Part shown: one piece after another, positions 11,801 to 23,100 of the stretch
Position numbering within the stretch: the first letter of the stretch is position 1
Layout of the letters: every line of letters begins with the position of its first letter
From: Antedon mediterranea
Taxonomy: Eukaryota; Animalia; Echinodermata
Assembly: GCF_964355755.1 (NCBI RefSeq)
Contig: NC_092674.1
Location: 806,001-870,000 of the forward strand
Length of the DNA stretch: 64,000 bases
Reading direction: 5' to 3'
Notes under the pieces: model-generated
The model's database searches: none
What the model saw: only the letters and a program-made list of their open reading frames with translations
Told to the model about the DNA's origin: nothing
Position numbers and translations under genes: made by a program

Positions 11801-12773
11801 AAAAAGTAGAGTTTTCTCCAACTACCAGACCAAATCTGGGCTTCAGTGTGAATAGGCTAAAACTTTATAAATAATAAATAAATTAGTTTTTCTTTTAGCA
11901 ACCTTCATTTCTTACCTGGTATGTACTTGTCTCGATAAAATCACAACCTGCTTCTAAGAAACTAAGAAAAAAAACCCATATTAATTTATCTTATGCTGTT
12001 CGATTTATAAAGTGCTTTTACGATCAGAAGATTGTGCCAAAGCGCTGAGAGAAAAAACAGAAAGAAATTACAAAGAACAAAGATGGTTTTTAAGAGTGTT
12101 TTAAAAACTATGATAGAAGACGCATTTTTAATAATCACCATAGGTCTTAAGGCGGCTGGGTGGAACAAAAGCTCTCTAATTTAGAGAAACTACATTGTAC
12201 TAGTAGTATAAAGAGTTAATGCTTTTTATAATTTGTTTGGGTTTTCATTTTTTCACATTTAACTTTATATGGATTAAAAAAATACCTTTTATGGATATCT
12301 TTGAGGTCCTCTTGATTGGAAATCAATAACCTAGCATTCCAAAGAGGGTCAGTCTGAAAAAAAAAAAACAATCTTTGTCTAGAGTGTATAAAGTTTTTCT
12401 AGGTGGTGGTGTAGCTATGAAAACATAGGTCAGGAAAATGGCTGCATTTAAGAATAACTGACCTCAATATAGTACTAATGAATTATAGGTGGATTATAAT
12501 AATAAGTATACTATATGACTATTAATAGTAATATAAGTTTATTTCTTCTAATAAAATGGGTGAAAATTAAGCTACATAGGATGTGTAGGTTGGTTTTGTG
12601 CAAGTTGCTTATATTTGTTAATTTTCTGGTGAAATTGATTCTCTTCTTGTTTTTTTTGTATGATGTATATGGTGGATGTACTATCCGAAATAAATGACTT
12701 CTCATACATCTATTTCAAATCCTCTTTTGGAACATTCAGAGCCAAGTCCACCATCTAAAAGCTTAATATCCAT
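8858..12773 (-). CDS. Homocysteine S-methyltransferase (MmuM/HMT type), ~311 aa; exons (-) 12708-12773, 12286-12353, 11916-11961, 11455-11590, 10676-10779, 10071-10232, 9301-9500, 8858-9011
   Basis: The spliced 936-nt ORF has the family motifs LLDGGLGSE, DPLWNAR, FLEAGCDFIETSTYQAS, GAIGPYGA...SEYHGNY, FETIP, VGINCC, VFPN and IGGCCRT (Zn-binding Cys intact); all introns GT-AG with consistent phases. Confidence 0.93.
9106..9235. mobile_element. MITE family A copy (HMT intron)
   Basis: agctctgtctaaactatcaaac ... gtttgatagtgtagacatagct. Confidence 0.8.
9571..9711. mobile_element. MITE family A copy (HMT intron)
   Basis: taa|agctcttcccacactatcaaac ... gtttgatagtatagacagagct|taa (TAA TSD). Confidence 0.82.
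11078..11451. mobile_element. MITE family A copy, truncated and interrupted by a SINE
   Basis: Internal part at 11078-11121; right part with TIR at 11364-11451. Confidence 0.65.
11127..11363 (-). mobile_element. tRNA-derived SINE
   Basis: On the - strand: A-box TGGCTTGGTGG, B-box GGTTCAAGTCC, A-rich tail; flanked by tatg(a/g)tagtga on both sides. Confidence 0.65.
11654..11858. mobile_element. Second Harbinger-like MITE
   Basis: taa|AGCTCTATTCGCACTGAGCCCAGATT ... AATCTGGGCTTCAGTGTGAATAGGCT. Confidence 0.65.
11985..12150 (-). mobile_element. L2/CR1-type LINE 3' remnant
   Basis: - strand reads IKNASSIIVFKTLLKT (LINE ORF2 C-terminus-like), followed by an L2-like tail (gcgctttgg...aagcactttataaat). 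Confidence 0.5.
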
Positions 12774-13290
12774 CTGCAAATAAAAAGATTATAATCAATC
12801 ATTCAATAATATATTGATTATCGGTTGTGAAATAATTTTAAAATGGAATTCACAAAAATAGTTAAAACTTAAAACTTTTAATTTAAGTAACGATCACATC
12901 AAATACCAATGTGTTTATGATTAAAATGTAACCTATAAATCATATACTGTATTTGATAGGCCTAGGGTCTGGGACTAAAGAAAGTGCAAATTGCTGGCAC
13001 CCGTGGTTTGGCAGCTTCACTTAGTGTGAAGCCTAGCAAGTAAGTAGTAGTAGTAGCAGTTAGTAAGTAGCCTAGCAGCAGGGCCTAGTTAGGCTAGCTA
13101 GAGGACTAGGCTAGGTATGCCTTGTAAGCTGTCCTACTACTACTAGTACTACTTACTAGCTAGGCCTAGGCCTAGAACTAGTTTTTGCCTCTGCAGTACA
13201 GTATAGTTATGGCATTATATAGCTTTAGATTAAATTATTATTTTTACTGATTTTCAATTAATAATCTAAAAACAAACAAAAAATACATAC

Positions 13291-13360
13291 CGCTAATAAA
13301 CATCGGTAGTTTGACCGAACTCAAAATATTACAAACACATGTTTACCATGTACGCCACCA
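13291..13360 (-). other. Putative non-coding first exon of the HMT gene
   Basis: GTATGT donor on the - strand at 13290; the HMT ATG sits directly after a tttgcag acceptor, so an upstream exon is needed; 5' boundary unknown. Confidence 0.5.
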
Positions 13361-13991
13361 ACGTTAAGCAAGTACTTTTATTTATCTTAGATGAATTAAA
13401 TGCGTTTACCCCACCTGAAAACTTTAATTTATTTAATAATTTTACCTAATGCAAAATAATAAAGATTAAATTACTTTAACTGATGTGTGAAAATAAATTG
13501 TTCTTTTGTTCAACACATATTTTAGGAAACAAAAGAGGTTCTTTATTTATATTTTAATAGATAATACAATAAACAATAGAGGGAGTAAGTGTAGAACTCA
13601 CAACACCAGCTTAATGACAGAGGGACTTCATTATGTTATTGATTTCGAGCAGGCGAGATAGCGCGACAGAACATTTCGATGAGTGTGGGGAATAACTATG
13701 TTTGACCGGGTAGCAAATTGACGGAGTTATCGTATTCGTCTTGGAATTTACTTAATTTCTTTTTGTTGGAGGGATGAATATTTAATGATTCATTATTTCA
13801 AGATTCCTGGATATTTTATGTTTGTCGAAAGTATTATTAAACCATCGGAGAATTGACCTATTTACAGAAATTTAAATCTCGCAAACAAAGAGAGAGTGAA
13901 GAAAGTCGCTAAGCTTAGCCTAGCTAGGATAAGTTCACACTGAGCTGCCTGGTGTACGGTCGCGGGTAGAACGTTTGTTTATACAGTCACA
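13360..13991. promoter_or_regulatory. Putative bidirectional promoter and glypican 5'UTR between the head-to-head HMT and glypican genes
   Basis: Divergent genes about 0.7 kb apart (HMT first exon to glypican ATG); local CpG enrichment around 13645-13740 and 13900-13975. Confidence 0.5.
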
Positions 13992-14169
13992 ATGGTGTTT
14001 TCGGCTTCTAGGACCCAACCATGTACATATGGATATCTATTTGTAATTTTAACTGTTTTTATTCATTTAATAGTAACGGTACAAAGTGATGCCGGCTGTG
14101 ACATTATCAGGAATATATATGATCGAAAGGGTTTAAATTTGAAAGATGTTCCAACCATGGCATTACCAG
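13992..14169 (+). CDS. GPC6: Glypican exon 1 (signal peptide)
   Basis: MVFSASRTQPCTYGYLFVILTVFIHLIVTVQSDAGCDIIRNIYDRKGLNLKDVPTMALP; gtaagg donor. Confidence 0.88.
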
Positions 14170-17100
14170 GTAAGGTTAAATGAATTCCCATTCACCAAAG
14201 CAAAACGTTGGAATTCATGATTAATGAAGAAATTGAAATAATAATTCCTCAATATTGTATTAATTATGCATTGAATAGGCCTACATTTTTAATGATAACA
14301 CAGTAATTGTCTAGTAGTAGTACTATTATGTAGTTAAGATTCTAGATTCTAAGCAATTCAACATAAAAAATTGTAGTAGGAACCGGGGGGATGAGAGGTA
14401 TGTAAGTACTCTCTTGTAGTGTATGTAATAGTAAACTATGTGTTAGTATTTACCACTATTTTCCTAGTGTTGTAGTAGTAGTTTGGGATGAAATGTTGTT
14501 TATTTTTTAATGTTGCTACAAAATTTGATCAAATATCTTGCAGGTGATTAGAATAAAAAGATATTTTAAATTTATTGATGAATCAAACTCATACAGTACA
14601 TCTTTAGATTAAAAGAAAAAACATGCATATTTAAAATTACTAAATTTTTAAATACAGTATTTTAAGAAAACTGATGACGAACATATTGATTTTGAAAGTT
14701 TTTAGTTTCTGCTTAACAACTTGATAAATACTTAATTGTTACAGGATGAGGCGTTATTTAGGGTCTATTATCATGTCTATTCACTCCCTCTTAATCCTCT
14801 TTACTGACATTATTCATGTTGCATGTGAGAAGTTAGTTATCAGCAAAGATCTTTTGTTTCACCAACATTGTGAAGAAGACTTAAGTAGCTTTTAAGCACA
14901 AGGACAATAAATGGGGAAATAGGGTTTACAGTAGTGACTTTATTTAAGACATTCTTAAGACTTTCGATTCACAGCCAGAAGTGTGAAAATATTGTCCCTA
15001 CTGGTATTATGATAATAAAGGATTGAACATGAGTAATTCAAAGTAATTAACATTAATGACAAAAATATTTTTAGAAAATTAGAATTTGTATCAAAAAGTT
15101 TAAAACATGCTGCCAATGCCATATTGTCTTAGTAGAATTTAGTTTAGATTTTCTCTGTCTTGCCATTTACAAATACAGTACATATCTACTGAATTAACAA
15201 TACTACAAGATATTGCACACTGCCAATCAAATGTATTGTTTATAAACTGATAAATGTCAATGAATGTTTTGTGTAAAATCAATAATTCAGATGATCTTGA
15301 ACTCTGGTTGCCATTTAGAATCTCAAAATACAACCTTGGTATAAACTATATGTACAGACTTAATTACAGTTTGTCCAAGGATAATAATATTTGCTGAATC
15401 TTATTTAATATTATAATGTAATAACCTTTTAAAAATTAAAATCAGAGCTAAAGTAGAAAGCAACTAATTTTTTTTACAAAATATAATTTTAAGTAAGCAA
15501 AATTCTACTAGAAAATTGTTTGCTAGGGCGAATATCTACAGTAGCCCTGAGTTTTATAGCGAAATTCCTGTTATACAATTTTTTAGTACAATTATTCATA
15601 TTATAATATTTTGTTCCATTAAAATAATTTACAAAAAATATAATCCTCTGTAAAAAATAAATGCTAATGCATGGTAAACAACCTTTTTTTAGAAACCTGT
15701 TTGACAAATCCTTTAAAAGCACCATCAATATCACTTACTGTAATGCTATTACAGTACATGCAACTATACAGTTATTGCTGCTTTGGTAAATACATTGCCC
15801 AAAGATAATTTAAATTTGTTTCATGCCATTTCAAATTTTTACTTCGTTTTTTAAGATAAATTTGTAAAATCAATACAAAAAGAGATAGTAAATCAAAACA
15901 AATGTTGAACTATGATTTAAAATATTCTTCTGGTTTTGAATATCTATGAGTTAGAATTTCTTTTTGCAAAAACCAAAAATTAGTGAACTAACCTGCTTGT
16001 TAGTGAAACTGTCAAGCAGGTTGGCTACTTTTTGGTTTTTGCAAAAAGAACTACCAACTCAAATGTTGAACTAGTTCCACTCTTACAGTACTACTACAGT
16101 ACTATATGACACTTGAAATTTGAATACTATTTTTAACATTTTCCACCAGATAAAACTTTCCAATTCTTTTCCATTTTCCAATGTTTCTAAAGTTTCAAAG
16201 AAATTGAATTCAAAATGTTATTTATTTTGTAGGAGAACACAAGAGTACTTGCGGAACAGGGTTCTCATGTTGTACAGCAGACATGGAATATAAATTAACA
16301 GAAAAAGCTGAGGACGAGTTTAAAGCAAACCTGTATGAAGCCAGCTTTCTTGTACGAGATAGTTATGTTTCAAAATCAGAAAAATTTGATGGTAAGTTTC
16401 CAACTCCATATCAATTTTTACAGACACAAACAGTGTTAAGGCCGTAGTGCTGATTAGTACAGTTTGAGTATCATTAACATTTGCTTAACACTTTGACTGC
16501 CAGAGGTTTTTCCAGTTAGAAACTGCCACCGCCAGCGTTTATAGCCCAATTCGATGTTTTTATTTAAGCTGATTGAAACTATGTATGTGATCTGATTTAC
16601 ATGTAATTTAGACTAAAATAATCATAAAGATTTTAGCTTTACAATGGTACCAAGAACGATTTTCAAATCGCAATATGTAAATCGTAATAGTAAAATGAAA
16701 GTAACGCACTTTTTGAGTTTTTCGTAGTTACGCGCCGGTGAGATCAACAAACAACGAAAAGGTTACTTACACGGCACCGGTAGGCCTATAAAAACAAGTT
16801 ATCAGTCCTAGTTGACTAGGCCTAAATTGGTCCGGAACCGTTTTACGACTAGGCCTAGGCTATAGCCTAGTACTACTAGCCTAGCTAGTAAACTGATGAT
16901 AATATTCATACCATTTCTAAACAAGTTTGTTGCGTGAAACTCGGCCACTTACAGTGAAACACCAAAACAATTAGGGTACAGTACCAGCGAGAATTACTGC
17001 CCAATTCGGACGCGGCAGACGCGGCATGAATACGTCCATGACGCGTCCACTTCGCGTCCATTATATCGACGCGTCTGACGTGATTTGACCTTAGACCAAC

Positions 17101-20100
17101 GTCCTTTGTGTTTGAGCTAACCGGGAGCTAACCACGCCGGTGTTAACGTAAACAAAAGCTCCGCATTGTTACTGTACTACAGTTATATTCTGTACGATGT
17201 TTTCTCAACCCGTGAAAACCTGTATTAAACGAAATGTATTTTATACTACAGTAGTTAATAACATGCAAAAAAAAACCTCTAAAAAACGAATTAATGAATA
17301 AGTGCGTATAGATACCAGTTCATTAGTACTACAGCTTACTATATGGGCAAGAACGACTGGTTTTTTGTGAGTAAAATTATTATCGGATGTCAAAAAACTT
17401 CTTTGGCACGCCGCCTAAAAAGAAACCGCTGAACGAGACTTGCGGGAAATGCAGTGCTGAAACCACGTGTGCCTGCCATGCAGTAAAACCACGTGATAGC
17501 ATATTTACCAAACTCGAACGTTCGGCGACTAGACCCGAGTGTGTGAAAATATGTTGCTTTCGCTGTCCGAGCGAAGCAATGAATTGTGAGTATCGAATGT
17601 CAAAAAACTTCTTTGGCACGCCGCCTAAAAAGAAACCGCCGAACGGGACTTGCGGGAAATGTAGTGTTGAAACCACGTGTGCCTGCCATGCATGCAGTAA
17701 AACCACGTGATAGCATATTTACCTAACTCGACCGTTCGGCGACCCGAGTGTGTGAAAAATAGTTTGCTTTCGCTGTCCGAGCGAAGCAATGAATTTTATA
17801 TACTAATTAAAAAATCGACACATTGTAATGGACAAAAATGGTGCAGTACATGTAGTTTTGTAACACTATAAATATCCTCAACCTATTTTTATTCATTATA
17901 TTAAATTCTAGCACCCGCCCTTGGCTTTTTTGTTTTAAATCGCTTTTGTACCAAGCCTTAATGCCTTTGTGTTGTTCCGTGTCCTATTGTCTTTTTCTAT
18001 TCAGTGTATCAAATTCTAACACCCGCCCTTGTTTTTTTGTACCAATTTTGGGGTCTAAGCATAGAGATATTATAGTGACAATTTTGGGGTCTAAGCATAG
18101 AGATATTATAGTGAACTTCACTATAATATCTCTATGCTTAGACCCCAAAATTGGTACAAAATAACATTAACTAAAAAAATATTATTACAGTCATTATTAC
18201 AATTATACAAACACTGTAATCTTAACATGATCAGAGAGGAAAATCATTATAGCGTAAAAAAAAATATTTCTTAATATTTATAAGCAAAGCGTACACAGAA
18301 TGCCTAGTGTTGTACTGTACGGCATCAACAGGTCATCAACCCGCTTTTCAGCAGCGGTAGAACATGGTTGCAATATTGCTGGGATCCAATGGAGTAGAAA
18401 AATATCACGTGCTCTTTGTTGCGCGCTATGACGACCATGGAGATATAAATTGACAGTGTACAGTATACTGTAGGCTACATGATTTTGTTGAGCCTTCTTC
18501 CACAGTTTTAACTCATCATGTGACATTTAAATATAACTTATTTCTCTATGATCATATCAATAATTCAACATGAAATAGAGGCCTCGTTATTAAAAAAATA
18601 TTCTTCCATAAAATGATTCATATGAACAAAATATACTGTATCATGACGATGATTATTGATCGAGTACGCTAGGCCGATCTCAGGCGGTGGTGTACGTGCT
18701 AGACAGTGAACCGGCCGGCTAGATCCCACGGCGGGCTAGCGATTGATATAGACACAGTTTCGCACGAAACTGGCTTTTTGGACGAATTATTCGGCAGATA
18801 AAAATAAACACAACACACACAAGTCGTAGGCTAACTTTATTTATTTTTTAATCATATTGTTTGTGAATGTGAAAGTATTTTATAAACAAACACCAATACA
18901 GCCGACCCTGCTCAACAGTCAGGCTTAGTTTTCCGATGTCATTTGAATATGAATACGGTCGCGAACAATAACAAAAACAGACTCAGGTAGCGAGGTCACG
19001 GCCCGCCCGACGAAAGTGCGTCCAAATCATTGGTTTAGTTTATGAATGGACGCGTCGTGGACGCAAATTGGACGGACACTCGACGCGTCCGTCGCGTCCA
19101 AAAAGGGGCAGTAATTCTCGCTGGTACTGTATACATACAATAATAAAATTAAAGACTTCATATTGAAAATTCATCCATTATTTTTTATTCAGATAACAAA
19201 CAAACATGCCAATCCACATAAACCTTTGTAATGCTTCGGCGGCATAGCTATCACGCGACCGATACACAATGCGCCAAACCATCGCTGTACGCGCTACTGT
19301 GATGCGCGGTGTATGTTATTTCGACATGTACCATTTTGACAATCGTTCGTAACCAGATTAGTTACTTTCAAAAAGTAAAATATTCACGGTCCAGACCGAA
19401 TATACAGTAGTGTCCATATTTATAGTATATACCAATAATTAACCTATCTACCGGATTTCGTAAAAAAAACGCGAAAAACGAAGATCTTCGTGTTTGGCAG
19501 TCAAGCGTTGTGTTTCCAAAAACGAAGATCTTCGTGTTTGGCAGTCAAAGTGTTAATACTGTATCTGAAGTCTCTAAACTACACTAGGCTTAAGATGGCC
19601 TAAAAAAAGTATTGTCATGAAAGGCCTAAATAAAGTGTAAATTGTATCTGGGAAGAAATTTGGATTGAAAGCCTCTGACCAGAGTATCCTTAGAATTACA
19701 GTAAATGCTTACTGATACTAACTGTAACTGTATAACTGTACATTGCAGACAATTGCTACAGTATGCTTGTTATTATTTTAATGTATCGTCATCATCATCA
19801 TCATACGTTGCATAGAGATACTTTACTAACAGTACCTTACTTCCTAACAGATGTTACAATGCCGCCTCTAGGAACCAATGAACATGAAACAACCTCTTTA
19901 TGTTGGGGTAGTCAGTGGAAAATTGCTTGATACTGCATAATACAAACTGGCTACATTTCAGAATTAGAAAACACTATGTAAATATGTGAAAGAATAATAT
20001 TTAGGCGCAACATGTAATTATACTAGTAAAGTATATTATTAGTTACAGTTATTAGTAGTTTAGTACTGTAATTCAGTATGGAAAGAAAAATACAAAATAA

Positions 20101-23100
20101 TTACTGTACAAAAAGTACTGTACTGTAGTTGTGTACAGAAGTAGTGGAATGTACAGTATGTACACATTACTTTACAGTTATGTACAGACACGTGCATTGC
20201 CTGTTTCAGCCTTTATACACAGTACAGTCCTAAGATTACGAAGAAGCCTCTTTAAACCGAACAGAACACAAACAAATTTCACTGATTTATGTACAGTATA
20301 AATGAAAATAAAGAAACATGAACATGGTCATGTTTTCAACACCTAGTCAACTGTTTTTATAATGAAGTCCACATGTTGAAGTTGAGAAAAAGCCTCACTT
20401 AAACAAAGAACAGCAAGGACTTGTGGTTCGTGCAAAGGGCAAACCAACCCCCTGCAATTTATTTTATTATTTTAGTATTATTTTTTCAGAATTGGTTGTT
20501 AAAAGCTACGGTGATACTACTGTTAATGTTATAAAATATTATACCTAAAATGAGGCCAGGTCTAAGTTCAAGCAAACTTTTTGTATTGTAGTAGGCTTTT
20601 CAATACCTGCTTTATGATATCAAATATAATACTATATTATGTATAGCCTGGCTTATGAAATCAAATATAATACTATATTATGTATAGCCTGGCTTATGAA
20701 ATCAAAATTGGAATCATGTTTTGCTGGTCTTCCCTGTTCATCTATCCCTGTACCGTATCCATCCATTCCCTTCCCTGTTCATCTATCCCTGTACCGTATC
20801 CATCCATTCCCTTCCCTGTTCATCTATCCCTGTACCGTATCTATCCATTCCCTTCCCTGTTCATCTATCCCTGTACCGTATCCATCCATTCCCTTCCCTG
20901 TTCATCTATCCCTGTACCGTATCCATCCATTCCCTTCCCTGTTCATCTATCTCTGTACCGTATCCATCCATTCCCTTCCCTGTTCATCTATCCCTGTACC
21001 GTATCCATCCATTCCCTTCCCTGTTCATCTATCCCTGTACCGTATCCATCCATTCCCTTCCCTGTTCATCTATCCCTGTACCGTATCCATCCATTCCCTT
21101 CCCTGTTCATCTATCCCTGTACCGTATCCATCCATTCCCTTCCCATCTCATCCAAATACTGTACAGTATTTATCAAATTGTTGAACATGATAGTTGAATT
21201 ACATCATTTTTTGTTGTTACAGTAGCTCTTCTTTGTTTTACAGTCAAATGTAATTGCTTTTCATACATATGTAGGTTGTAAAGACAGCATGTACATTACA
21301 GTAGTTATCATATTACACACAATAAAATTACAAAGTTTCACAGTATACCGCTGTAGTGTTTAGTATTAAATTCATGGACATGGTGTACTCACTGATTTTG
21401 TTGTTGGATTTCTATGCCGATATCTATCAAAAATCTTTTGTGTAGTAAGATAAGTCTATATTTATTTTTTTGTTGTTGCACATCTCTTGAGAATTGTGCC
21501 TCTGTTATAAAAGAGAAACAATAAAGTTATTATTATTATTATCTATCAAAAATCTTTTAGTATCTTTTCCAAACAGTTGGGATGTACAGTACTGTACTCA
21601 TAACAATAACATACATAGTACAGGAAAGATATGCTCAGAATCAGTAAAAGGTTGAAAAAATTGCAACAGAATTTTTTTCACCACAATGCATTTCTATAAG
21701 GTCCCTATATGAACATACTAAAAGTCTAGAAAAATCCAGGTAGGGGAAATAGGTTTTTTTAAACAAAATGGCCGCCAATGGTGAAAAATGTCTATAGCAG
21801 TTTTTATAATGCTTTTTATATTTCTTTAGTGTCAAACATTTAAACTGCAATATACATATTAATTTAAATGCTATTTAGCAACAAAAACACACATTTAAGT
21901 ATCAAGATATCACCACGGTTATAATAATAGACAACGTAGTCCTATGCATTATAATGCAGGACTACGGTGTCTAATAAAACAGTTCATTTACATTTGTACT
22001 GTCACAACAATAGAATTATACAATCTTAGAATCTATTAATCCATTCATTTTCATTGTCCAGTTATCATCTTCTGTCTATAGGTAGGAATTAAGCATGTGC
22101 TGATGCCGTGGTATTCGTCACAAACAGTGGTACTGGTGGTAAATTTGTCATCAATGGACACATCACGCCATTTGTAACTTTCCATTCCCCAGTCTGTGGG
22201 TTGAAGAAGAGTACTTTCTATCCACTGCTGTACCATGGTAATATACACGCAGGGAATGACATTTTGCAGCATTTGTTGTAGGGGGAATAGACTTTATTTC
22301 AAGTGCTGTTTTGCTTTTTGCTACTTTCTCCCAGAACGTATTCCTCCATACAGTATAGCTACCAATGCCAATTCCTCTGATGCGATGGTTTCTTTTTTTT
22401 TGGAGACGTTTGGTTTTACAGAGTTTGTAAGCATACTACTGCCCAGGTGTTATGACTTTTTAAGACCTTTTCCTATACCAAATAGATGGGATGTAGTATC
22501 ATATCCCTGGATTCCATGTATACTGTAAAAAGCAAACTCATTTTTACAGAGCTTCACACCAAGGACAGACTTTACATGCATTCACAGTGCTCCCCCATCG
22601 AGAACATACAGCATTAAATCAATGAATGAAGCAACCGTGACAGAATATAAATTTAAGAGGAAAGAACACATGGGTCAAACCAACCATATTCATCAATAAA
22701 GAATCAGTGCACATTCCCTCACATATACTATTTCATCATCTATGTGAGACAGTCATACACAATGCATAATTTGGTGAAAAAGAATCTTATACTTTTCCTG
22801 CAGCCCTCTTTTACTCCATTGACTCCATACACACTGCTAGACTACTCAGAAACCTTCATCTCACTGTTTGCTACATCAAACCTTTTGGCCCGAAACAGCA
22901 ACATTTCAAGACACTTATTATGTACCATGTATGTTTGTTACGTTATGTGAAGGCAAAGTAAACTATTGTGTTTAATGGCTATAATTAGGGGCCGTAAGTA
23001 AATTTGGTTTAGGAAAAGGTGTTGGCCTTAAAAATCATCACATCACAGTAGGAGTTGTATGTCAAATTCTGTAAACCAAACAGTTTAAAAAAAAGAAGAA

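Larger units (their letters stand above)
16979..19129. mobile_element. Nested non-autonomous TA-TSD element (Tc1/mariner/pogo-like)
   Basis: TA|CAGTACCAGCGAGAATTACTGCCC ... GGGCAGTAATTCTCGCTGGTACTG|TA (perfect 24-bp TIR) with GACGCG-rich subterminal repeats. Confidence 0.85.
16489..19552. mobile_element. Non-autonomous piggyBac-like element (TTAA TSD)
   Basis: TTAA|CACTTTGACTGCCA ... TGGCAGTCAAAGTG|TTAA; duplicated subterminal aaaaacgaagatcttcgtgtttggcagtcaa; no transposase ORF seen. Confidence 0.85.

Noticed and set aside
8858-12773. HMT as a horizontally transferred bacterial mmuM
   Set aside because: It has seven coding-region spliceosomal introns and host-like composition, and HMT-type genes are known in other animals.
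17387-17710. Cys-rich 107-aa ORF resembling a metallothionein or zinc finger
   Set aside because: It lies in a tandem duplication inside a non-autonomous TE, the copies differ by frame-breaking indels, and I recognise no domain.
18278-18526. 82-aa minus-strand ORF as a transposase remnant
   Set aside because: No DDE or HTH motif is recognisable; it needs a profile search.
20639-21225. Three overlapping 158-181 aa ORFs
   Set aside because: They are products of a stop-free 41-bp minisatellite read in all three frames.
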